Shown piece after piece: positions 1 to 8,114 of a DNA stretch of 57,897 nucleotides. The stretch covers positions 46,634 to 104,530 of the forward strand of contig JBBAUX010000001.1 of the NCBI GenBank assembly GCA_040398005.1, in the 5' to 3' direction. Origin of the DNA: Opitutales bacterium (lineage in GTDB: Bacteria; Verrucomicrobiota; Verrucomicrobiia; Opitutales; UBA953). Made by a program: the position numbers and the translations under genes. The notes under the pieces were generated by a model. It was not told the origin of the DNA. It saw nothing but the letters and a program-made list of their open reading frames with translations, and made no database searches. The stretch's first letter is position 1, and each line of letters starts with the position of its first letter.

Positions 1-1
1 A

Positions 2-172
2 TGCTTAGCGGAGTCAAACTCTTCGGCACGCGTGGTGCGTATCGGCTGGCCCGATGCGTTTGTCGGTCACGCGACCGATGTTAAAACACTACGCGCCTTG
101 AATGGACTATCCCCCGAGCAGATTCACGCGAAGGTGGAATTAGTGCTCCGTGATATTCAGCTAAATTCCTAA
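2..172 (+). CDS. dxs: C-terminal fragment of 1-deoxy-D-xylulose-5-phosphate synthase (gene starts upstream of window)
   Basis: Frame 2 reads CLAESNSSARVVRIGWPDAFVGHATDVKTLRALNGLSPEQIHAKV..* (TAA 170-172). RIGWPDxFxxH..L...GL is the typical DXS/transketolase C-terminal end. Not in the ORF track. Confidence 0.75.
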   Translation, partial: CLAESNSSARVVRIGWPDAFVGHATDVKTLRALNGLSPEQIHAKVELVLRDIQLNS

Positions 173-179
173 AAAGAAT

Positions 180-989
180 TTAGAAATTTATCCCGGCTTT
201 AATCCGAACTTCGTAGGGACTTTTCTCGGAGACGTTGAGATTACCTTTGTCAGCGGGTGAGCCGTAAACTTGAGCCATTGCCGTGACCACCGTAAAAAAG
301 CCGGATTCGTTTTGATAACGAACGCAGGGACCCACAAAAATTGCGGCATATTCAAAGTTGTTGAGTTCAGCCCATTCAACTGACGCCACGGCCTCAAGAC
401 CGGCATACCAATTTGCATTGATTTCGTGCGCGATGCCTTGGGTTATTTTAAACGAAACCGCATCGCTGTCGGTTGAGGGGGTGCGTTCTATTTCCGCGAC
501 TAAGTTTGCCGCATAAATCCAATCAAGCTTCTCACCAAAGTTATGTTGAAGGAGGTATTTCAATTCGAGGCTGTATTGATCGCGAAAGCTTCCATTTTTC
601 CCGCTCGCTTGGGAATAACCAGGTTCGATGTAGATGGCGTGGCCCCAAGAATTTTTATCGGGATCGGAGAGCATACGCATGTAAGCAATTTGGAAACCAT
701 CGAACTGTAAGCCCTCACGCGTGGCGGTGTCGAAGTATCGATAATTTATATAATAAGAGATTTGTTCGTTTTCAGAAATGCCCTGTTCGATTTCGGTTTT
801 GAAATCAAAGCCACGGTAACGCGCATCGTAGCCCGATCCGATATCTCTGCCCAGTCGAGCGGTGGCCCATTGTTCGATCGTAATTTTACCCGGCTTTAAA
901 GTTTCAGTGAGATAAGAGTAGGTGAATGGATTATCGCAGGCGAAGGCAGTGGATGCTGCGACGAGTAGGAGAGCGGATAATGGGCGCAT
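180..989 (-). CDS. Putative outer-membrane beta-barrel/porin (DUF6662-like)
   Basis: Likely ATG at 989 (MRPLSALLLVAASTAFA, signal peptide). N-terminal NPFTYSYLTETLKPG..EQW motif, amphipathic beta strands, C-terminal aromatic residue (GINF). Confidence 0.65.
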   Translation of the reverse strand: MRPLSALLLVAASTAFACDNPFTYSYLTETLKPGKITIEQWATARLGRDIGSGYDARYRGFDFKTEIEQGISENEQISYYINYRYFDTATREGLQFDGFQIAYMRMLSDPDKNSWGHAIYIEPGYSQASGKNGSFRDQYSLELKYLLQHNFGEKLDWIYAANLVAEIERTPSTDSDAVSFKITQGIAHEINANWYAGLEAVASVEWAELNNFEYAAIFVGPCVRYQNESGFFTVVTAMAQVYGSPADKGNLNVSEKSPYEVRIKAGINF

Positions 990-1003
990 AGGGGTGTTTA
1001 ACA

Positions 1004-1062
1004 AATGAGACAGAGTCTCATAAGCAATAAAATAAATGAGACCCATTCTCAATAAGGTCTCA
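1004..1062. promoter_or_regulatory. Tandem Fur-like palindromic operators upstream of porin gene
   Basis: TGAGACAGAGTCTCA (1006-1020, perfect 6-3-6 inverted repeat), TGAGACCCATTCTCA (1037-1051) and an extra GTCTCA half-site (1057-1062) in AT-rich context. Resembles the TGAnAATnATTnTCA Fur 7-1-7 box. Confidence 0.55.
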
Positions 1063-1105
1063 AAATAACCTAAAATAGCCGCATTATCAGCACTATCTCA
1101 CTCTA

Positions 1106-3418
1106 TCAGAGCCGTTTACGATTATTCCGAGGGCGTGACTGTTGATCACGATTCGGTTTAGGAGCGCCCGACTTTGGATTGTAGAGGCGGAAATCGACCT
1201 GGCGTTTGAATCGGTCCACGCGGTCCACAATGACTTCAATTTTTGATCCCGCTGTAAAAAGTTTACCCGTGCGACTGCCGCGCAACGCCGTACCCGAATC
1301 ATTCATGCGATAATAATCATCCGTTAAAGTCGACATATGGACGAGTCCGTAAGCCTGCGAGGCGCTGAGCTCAACCATGAGGCCGTGAGGTTTGACTTCA
1401 GTAATTACCGCTTCGAAGGGACGTTTATCTTTACGTTCCATTTCTCGTTCAAATAATTCTAGTAATTTTACTTTTACCGAATCGCGTTCAGCCTCAGAAC
1501 TATTTCGCTCGGTGATAGAAATATGTTCACAGCTTCGCACGAGCTCGCCGATACCGGGTGAGCGGGGTGGATCTTTAAGAGCAGATTTCACACCCATCTT
1601 GGCAATTTGTGCATCAAAGATACGATGCTCAACTAAGTCGGCATAACGACGAATGGGTGAGGTGAAGTGGGAATAATGCTTTTTCGCTAAACCAAAGTGT
1701 CCGTCCGGCGAGGGACGATAGCAGGCTTGCTTGAGTGAGCGGAGGAATTGAATGCGAATAGGGTAAGCGTCATCTCGACCTTTGATATCCGCCAATAATC
1801 TAACCATTTCCTTACGCTGGGTAAGGTCGCCTACATTATAGACGCCTTCCGACTGCAGTTGCTCGCGTAAGGCATTGAGTTTTTCGGGATCAGGTTCGTC
1901 GTGCACTCGGCAAACGTGCGGCACTTTTGCGTGGTCGAGATTTTTGGCCACACATTCATTAGCCAATAACATAAACTCTTCGATGAGTTGGTGTGATTCA
2001 TCGTGTTCGATCACCACGGTGCGATCGGCCCAACCATCTTTATCACAATAAATTTTAATTTCCTTCATTTCTAAATCGAGTGAACCTGTACGGAAACGTT
2101 CTTCACGAAGGATTTTGGCGACCGACCAGAAATCGCCGATCATTAAGCGGACAACATCGAGTTCTTCGTCAGTTAGCTCGGAGAGTGGTCGACCAGGTGA
2201 GCCCGTTTGATGCGGAGGGGGTGCAGGGAGCGCACGTAGCGTTGCATTCTTGGCGCCGTTTAAAAAGGCATAAGCGACTTTATAAGTTAGACGCTTGATA
2301 CTGCGGATAACACCATTGGCGAAATCGGTTTTGACTAATTTTCCCTCGGGAGTGAATTCACAAATAACGCTTTTCACCAGTCGATCTTGACCTTCCACGA
2401 GTGAACATAATCCGCTCGAGAGTGCGTGGGGAAGCATGGGTATCACGGTGCCAACGAGGTACGTGGAGTTGCCGCGTTCCTTGGCTTCATTGTCGAGTGG
2501 CGAACCTGTTTTTACGTAGTGGGAGACGTCGGCGATATGAATTCCGATTTTAAAATTACCATTGGGCAGACGTTCGAGCGAGAGGGCATCATCGAAATCC
2601 TTAGCGTCATCGGGGTCGATGGTGATGGTCGGAATTTTTCTGAAATCTTCGCGCCCATATAAATCATCTTCTTTCACCTTAGAGCCAAAGGCATTGGCCT
2701 CATCCATCACATTGCGTGGAAATTCGGGGTTGAGATTATAGCGACGAAGAATCGCCAGGTACTCAGCCATCGGCGTGTGGGTGACGCCTAAAACTTCCGT
2801 AATGGTTCCGGTGGGACTGAGGTGGCGACGTTCCCAAGCATCGAGTTGCACGACGACTTTATCTTCTTCTTTGGGTAGTGATTTTAAATTAGAACGCTGT
2901 GGGTCGCGGACAATGATGTCGCGAGAAATGCGCGGATCATCAGGTACCACGAACCAGGTTAAGCGGGTATTTCGGAGCGTTCCGGTTAGAGTTGTGAAAG
3001 ATCTTTTGACTACGCGAATGACGGTCCCCGTGCCCCAGTCTTCGCCTTGTCGATCACGGCGACCGCGACTTAATTTAATGACCACACGGTCACCATGCAG
3101 CGCAACGCCCGTATCTTTGGCGTCAATGTGAATGGGCTCACGTGGTTTTTGTCCAGGTTCAGCGGCGAAGACGACACGTGCCGATCCACTCGAGCGAAAA
3201 AGAATCGTACCCTCGGGGAGGGGATCGCCTTCGGGGAGTGCAAGTAGCTCGCGATTTTTTACGATGATAGCACCCGACTTAATTAAGTTCGGAACAATCT
3301 TCCGCATTTTACGTAAGTCAGACTTATCTCCGCCGATTTGCTCAATAATTTCTTCGAGTCGCATCGGCACGTAGTCAGGACGTGCCAGAAAGGCGAGCAT
3401 GGCCTCTTCGGCGTTCAT
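1106..3418 (-). CDS. rnr: Ribonuclease R
   Basis: TIDPDDAKDFDDA, HIADVS and HFTSPIRRYADL RNB motifs; N-terminal HTH/CSD; C-terminal S1 domain and basic tail. Confidence 0.95.
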   Translation of the reverse strand: MNAEEAMLAFLARPDYVPMRLEEIIEQIGGDKSDLRKMRKIVPNLIKSGAIIVKNRELLALPEGDPLPEGTILFRSSGSARVVFAAEPGQKPREPIHIDAKDTGVALHGDRVVIKLSRGRRDRQGEDWGTGTVIRVVKRSFTTLTGTLRNTRLTWFVVPDDPRISRDIIVRDPQRSNLKSLPKEEDKVVVQLDAWERRHLSPTGTITEVLGVTHTPMAEYLAILRRYNLNPEFPRNVMDEANAFGSKVKEDDLYGREDFRKIPTITIDPDDAKDFDDALSLERLPNGNFKIGIHIADVSHYVKTGSPLDNEAKERGNSTYLVGTVIPMLPHALSSGLCSLVEGQDRLVKSVICEFTPEGKLVKTDFANGVIRSIKRLTYKVAYAFLNGAKNATLRALPAPPPHQTGSPGRPLSELTDEELDVVRLMIGDFWSVAKILREERFRTGSLDLEMKEIKIYCDKDGWADRTVVIEHDESHQLIEEFMLLANECVAKNLDHAKVPHVCRVHDEPDPEKLNALREQLQSEGVYNVGDLTQRKEMVRLLADIKGRDDAYPIRIQFLRSLKQACYRPSPDGHFGLAKKHYSHFTSPIRRYADLVEHRIFDAQIAKMGVKSALKDPPRSPGIGELVRSCEHISITERNSSEAERDSVKVKLLELFEREMERKDKRPFEAVITEVKPHGLMVELSASQAYGLVHMSTLTDDYYRMNDSGTALRGSRTGKLFTAGSKIEVIVDRVDRFKRQVDFRLYNPKSGAPKPNRDQQSRPRNNRKRL

Positions 3419-5124
3419 GAACTAGAGGCTGATTGTCCCAGCAGGCTCGTCAGGTACGGAAGTAACTGTTTCTTCCGGCTGACAATTCCAGGCATATCAA
3501 AAATATACGGAGGTTGTTTTTGAGCGTAGGTGATACCGTGAATCACTTCCGAATCTCCGCGGATTAGTAGCAGTGAACTTTGGGTATCAATATCGGTCAC
3601 TAACAGAGCGGAGAAATGGAGTCCGTTTTCGCGACGGTATTTTTCGAGGCCTTCGAGGAGAGCTTCCTGGGCTTTCCGGAAATTATTAAAGCCGAGTTCT
3701 TCCACCTGGGCGACGGAGAAGCGGTAATTGTTTTCGGTATAGAGTTTACAATCAGCGCGGACTGCGGCGTCAGCGGACATATTGGCGAGCACGGATCCAG
3801 TATTGAAAATCATATCAGCGAGAGCGCGTGCATCGGTATCTGCTAAACCTGAAAGCCAATTGAGTAACTCGGAGTCCAGGGGCGTGGTCGTGGGACTTTG
3901 CAGTAAGAGTGTATCCGAAATAATACCGCACATCATCAATCCGGCAATTTGCGGCGAGGGCTTTAAATTAGCGGTTTTGAACATATCGGCGACAATCGAA
4001 CAGGTGGAACCAAGCGGACGATTAACGAAGAGAATGGGCTGATGGGTGTGTGGATTGCCTAAGCGGTGGTGGTCGATGACTTCGGCAATTTCAACTTCGT
4101 TGGCACCGTCGACCGCTTGAGATAATTCGTTGTGATCCACTAAAACCAAGCGATGGTGCACGGGTTTTAAAATATCGGACTTACTGAAAACACCAATGAG
4201 TTTACCGTCTTCATTCACCACATGGCAGATGAGGGCATTGGATTGCACAATGCGACGGCGGGCGACCGAGAGTTTTTCTTGAGCCTGAAAGAGAGGAGCA
4301 TCGCGTTGAACTAAATTTCCGATGAGGGTAGCCGCACGCACCGCCCAAGCGGTGGTCGCGCTATCGGTGTCCGCATAAACGACGGAAACTTTTTTCTCTT
4401 CGGCAAGGGCGAGACATTCTTTCGACATTTGGTGTCCACCGGTGACGATGATGAGGCTGACGCCCATTTCAATGGCCCGCTGATGAACGTCGTTACGATC
4501 ACCGACCACAATAATACTCTTATTCGTAGGAATGCCTTCCTTGGTCGCTGATTTGCCAAAAGATTCTAACTCCATGGCCGCCACGCGTACGTAAAGTTCA
4601 TTGATTTTAGTAGAATCAAAAACGGCAACCGCTTTTCCTTTAATCGATTGAACAATCGCATCGATAGAACTCGTCACTTTGCGCATCGCAGTAGCGATTT
4701 TGGGTTTCGGAATAAAATAATCGCCTAAGGCAAAGATCGAAACGTAACCCTCGAGTTGGCCTTCGCGTCCAATGACGGGTAGGGCACGCAAGTCATGTTC
4801 ATCGAGTATTTCGAGAGCCCGGGCGCAGGTGTCATTAATCGAAACCACAAACGGATTCGTTTGCATGATGTCTTCGACGCGTGGATTAACGTCACCTACG
4901 AAGACGGGAAGACTCATGCCGAAACGTTGGAGGATGGCGTCGATGCGCGCATTGGAATTTCCACAACGAGCGGCGACATAACCTTTTTGCCCCGATGCTT
5001 CTTTAAATGCAGCGTAAGCAATAGCAGAGCAAATGGCGTCAGCGTCGGGATTTTTATGCCCAATCACATACGTCGGTGCATTGGCACGAGCAAAAGTTGA
5101 AGGGATGGGAGGCGGAACGGACAT
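3415..5124 (-). CDS. ppaC: Mn-dependent family II inorganic pyrophosphatase with CBS-DRTGG-CBS regulatory insert
   Basis: GHKNPDADAICSA, LVDHNE, IDHH, GSTCSI and SRKKQ motifs. Internal CBS domains and a VGDR..TGG (DRTGG) segment. ATGA overlap with rnr. Confidence 0.9.
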   Translation of the reverse strand: MSVPPPIPSTFARANAPTYVIGHKNPDADAICSAIAYAAFKEASGQKGYVAARCGNSNARIDAILQRFGMSLPVFVGDVNPRVEDIMQTNPFVVSINDTCARALEILDEHDLRALPVIGREGQLEGYVSIFALGDYFIPKPKIATAMRKVTSSIDAIVQSIKGKAVAVFDSTKINELYVRVAAMELESFGKSATKEGIPTNKSIIVVGDRNDVHQRAIEMGVSLIIVTGGHQMSKECLALAEEKKVSVVYADTDSATTAWAVRAATLIGNLVQRDAPLFQAQEKLSVARRRIVQSNALICHVVNEDGKLIGVFSKSDILKPVHHRLVLVDHNELSQAVDGANEVEIAEVIDHHRLGNPHTHQPILFVNRPLGSTCSIVADMFKTANLKPSPQIAGLMMCGIISDTLLLQSPTTTPLDSELLNWLSGLADTDARALADMIFNTGSVLANMSADAAVRADCKLYTENNYRFSVAQVEELGFNNFRKAQEALLEGLEKYRRENGLHFSALLVTDIDTQSSLLLIRGDSEVIHGITYAQKQPPYIFDMPGIVSRKKQLLPYLTSLLGQSASSS

Positions 5125-5268
5125 GGGCTAAACTAAAGAGCGATAAATACACTTAATACGAGAATGTCTCAGTGGAAAGAGTGAATTCTAAATGAGTGTA
5201 AAAGAAGCCTGCCATGACAGTAACATCTCGGTGACAACGGGAATTAAACTTTCTGACTGAACTTGGGC

Positions 5269-6348
5269 CTATTGAGCGAAAGGGTAGTCGGTATATCCTT
5301 TGGGCCCCGCGGCATAAAAGGTCGATTCATCGGGCGTGTTCAGTGCTAAATTCTTTTCCAGACGATGGGGAAGATCGGGGTTGGAGAGGAAGGGTACGCC
5401 GTAAGCAATGGCATCCGCCCAGCCTTCTTGAATGGCCTCTTCGCCTTGCGCTCGGTCAAACCCACCCGCCGTAATCATGACACCCTTAAAGCAGTGACGA
5501 AGCTCTTTGGGCCCGATACCTGCTAGGGCACCGTGGGCAATGTCTTGCGCGGTGACGCGTGTGACGTGGGCGTAGGCGATTTCTAATTTCGAAAGTTCGC
5601 CGAGCACATAACTGAAAGTGCGCTGCGGATTGCTGTCATGCATGTCATTAAAGACTCCACCGGGAGAGAGACGAACGCCCACGCGATCAGCGCCCCAAAT
5701 CGAAATGACAGCACCGGTGACTTGTAATAAAAGCCGGGCGCGATTTTCAACCGAGCCACCATAATTATCAGTACGTGTATTGGAACCGTCTCTTAAAAAT
5801 TGATCGAGCAGGTAACCATTCGCGCCGTGAATTTCAACGCCATCGAATCCAGCTTCTTTCGCTAAACGAGCACCGCATACATATTCGGCGATGACCCCGT
5901 AAATTTCTTCAGTTTTTAAAGCATGTGGTACGACATAATCAGCCATTTCTTTACCGGTCCAAACTTGGCCTTTGGGTTGGATGGCTGAAGGCGCAATCGG
6001 CAACTCACCATTGGGTTGAAAGGCGGGGTGTGAAATGCGACCAACGTGCCAGAGCTGTAGGAAAATTTTACCACCTTGAGCATGCACTGCGGAGGTTACT
6101 TTTTTCCATCCCGCGACGTGTGCCTCAGTATAAATTCCTGGTGTATTGGGATAGCCGTGCCCGCGTGCGGAAACCGTGGTCGCCTCAGAAATAATAATTC
6201 CCGCGCTCGCACGTTGTGCATAGTACTCGGCATTAAGATCGGTGGGAACATTGCCTTCACCTGCACGGGTGCGGGTGAGCGGCGCCATGATCACGCGATG
6301 CGGAATCGTGAGCGCACCCACTTTAAGCGGAGAAAAGAGTAAGGACAT
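5269..6348 (-). CDS. nemA: Old Yellow Enzyme family alkene reductase (NemA-like)
   Basis: MAPLTRTRA, QLWHVGR, EIHGANGYLLDQF and GYTDYP motifs. Probable start at 6348 (MSLLFSPL). Confidence 0.9.
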   Translation of the reverse strand: MSLLFSPLKVGALTIPHRVIMAPLTRTRAGEGNVPTDLNAEYYAQRASAGIIISEATTVSARGHGYPNTPGIYTEAHVAGWKKVTSAVHAQGGKIFLQLWHVGRISHPAFQPNGELPIAPSAIQPKGQVWTGKEMADYVVPHALKTEEIYGVIAEYVCGARLAKEAGFDGVEIHGANGYLLDQFLRDGSNTRTDNYGGSVENRARLLLQVTGAVISIWGADRVGVRLSPGGVFNDMHDSNPQRTFSYVLGELSKLEIAYAHVTRVTAQDIAHGALAGIGPKELRHCFKGVMITAGGFDRAQGEEAIQEGWADAIAYGVPFLSNPDLPHRLEKNLALNTPDESTFYAAGPKGYTDYPFAQ

Positions 6349-6403
6349 GTCTCGCGACTCTAAGTCTGGGTAATATTTTAGCAAGTGAGCAGAATCTATT
6401 TTA

Positions 6404-6458
6404 CCCCTTGTCACCTTGTCACCTTGCCCACGTGTCCCCTCGCGACCTTAGGTCGCGC
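6404..6458 (-). repeat. Hairpin plus 4x8-bp repeat element after nuoI stop
   Basis: Minus strand: GCGCGACC-TAA-GGTCGCG then A-GGGGACAC-GTGGGCAA-GGTGACAA-GGTGACAA-GGGG. Near-identical to copies at 55138 and 57652-57897. Confidence 0.85.
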
Positions 6459-7004
6459 TTAGTGATGTTCGTTTTGTTGACGCTCGGCTTCGGCTTTTTT
6501 CTTATCCCACTTATAATGCGAGTCAGGTAAAGTTCCGCCGAGTTCGTAAAGTTTTTCTTTATTATTAACCATCTCTTCGCGGGTCTTACCGGTCATGGAG
6601 TACTGACCTTGAAGCCAGATCGCTTCTTCGGGACAGACCTCTTGGCAGAGGCCGCAATAAATGCAGCGCAGCATATCGATATCAAATTCCTTCGGCGCTT
6701 TTTCAACGTGGTTATTGTCCGCGGTTTCTAAAATTTCTCCGGGAGTAATACGAATCGCTTTGGGTGGACAAACAAACTCGCAAAGCTGACACGAAACACA
6801 TTTTTCACGACCTTGGGGATCGCGGACGAGCGTGGGAACACCGCGATATCCATTAGGAATAACGGGACGTTCCTCGGGGTACTGTAAAGTGACGGGAGGC
6901 TTTATTAAATTATCCCAAGTCACTTTTAGTCCCGCGATGATTTGCGGAAGATAAGTTTTCTCCAAGAAGGAGAGGGGACGACGTTCAACGATTTTTATAG
7001 CCAT
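6459..7004 (-). CDS. nuoI: NADH-quinone oxidoreductase subunit I
   Basis: CVSCQLCEFVCP and CIYCGLCQEVCP 2x[4Fe-4S] motifs; TLQYPEE. Confidence 0.95.
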   Translation of the reverse strand: MAIKIVERRPLSFLEKTYLPQIIAGLKVTWDNLIKPPVTLQYPEERPVIPNGYRGVPTLVRDPQGREKCVSCQLCEFVCPPKAIRITPGEILETADNNHVEKAPKEFDIDMLRCIYCGLCQEVCPEEAIWLQGQYSMTGKTREEMVNNKEKLYELGGTLPDSHYKWDKKKAEAERQQNEHH

Positions 7005-7009
7005 GTTAT

Positions 7010-8113
7010 TTAGCCTTGGAGGGCGTACCAGATAAAGTAGACGAGGAGATTAACCACCGCAATGGGCAGGAGAACTCTCCAGCCAATTCGCATCACTTGG
7101 TCGTAACGAAAACGGGGAACCGTCCAGCGCACCCACACAAAGAAGAATAAGAAAGCCGCTAGCTTTAAGAAGAACGAGCCGAGTCCCAAAAGTGTCGCGA
7201 AGATGCCCGTGCCTACGGTGGGCAACCAAGGTAAGATGTGCCATCCGCCTAAGAACATTAAGATAAAGAGCGATGAGCCGATGACCATGTGGCTATATTC
7301 TGCGACGAAGAAGAGACCGAATTTAAACGCCCCGTATTCGGTATGGAAACCACCGACGAGGTCCGTTTCGGATTCAGGCATATCGAATGGGTGACGATTA
7401 GCTTCTGCAAAAATACAGATCAGAAAAATCAGTGCTGCGATGGGGTGATATAAAACATTCCACGCACCGGCTTGTGCTTTAACCATCGAAACTAAACTGA
7501 GCGCATTGTTTTCTTGGGGCGTAGCGGTTGCCAAAAATACGGTTAACACCGACAGGCCCATCGCTAATTCGTAGGAGATTAATTGTGCCGAACCACGGAT
7601 AGCTCCGAGAAATGGATATTTAGAATTCGCGGCCCAACCTGCTAGAGCGATGCCGTAAACACCGAGTGAACTGATCGCGAACATGAATAAAACTCCGATA
7701 TCGGCACCCGGGCAGAGAGTGATGATTTGTCCGCTGGGTAATTCTCCAAAGGGCAGCATCACCAATGAAATCAGGGCCGGAGCTAAGGCGAGGCACGGTG
7801 CTAAAACATAAAAAGTCTTACGCACGTGGCCAGGAAGTGCGTCTTCTTTAAAGAGGAATTTTAAACCATCAGCCGCTGGTTGAATAAAACCACCACGCAT
7901 TAAGACGTTACCAAAAAAGGGAATCCAGGCAATGAGTGGATGGTTGGTACGATTAGGTCCAACGCGACCTTGAATCCATGCTGATGCTTTGCGTTCAAGT
8001 AAAACGGAGTAAGCCGCAATCGACATTAAAATCACGATGACCGTGAGTCCACGGGCTGCGGTGTAATACCAAGCAGGCGAGAGAATGAGATCGTTAAGGA
8101 TTTGCTCGATCAT
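7010..8113 (-). CDS. nuoH: NADH-quinone oxidoreductase subunit H
   Basis: LLERK..IQGRVGPNR, ADGLKFLFKE, EANRHPFDMPESE and PRFRYDQ motifs; multiple TM helices. Confidence 0.95.
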   Translation of the reverse strand: MIEQILNDLILSPAWYYTAARGLTVIVILMSIAAYSVLLERKASAWIQGRVGPNRTNHPLIAWIPFFGNVLMRGGFIQPAADGLKFLFKEDALPGHVRKTFYVLAPCLALAPALISLVMLPFGELPSGQIITLCPGADIGVLFMFAISSLGVYGIALAGWAANSKYPFLGAIRGSAQLISYELAMGLSVLTVFLATATPQENNALSLVSMVKAQAGAWNVLYHPIAALIFLICIFAEANRHPFDMPESETDLVGGFHTEYGAFKFGLFFVAEYSHMVIGSSLFILMFLGGWHILPWLPTVGTGIFATLLGLGSFFLKLAAFLFFFVWVRWTVPRFRYDQVMRIGWRVLLPIAVVNLLVYFIWYALQG

Positions 8114-8114
8114 C

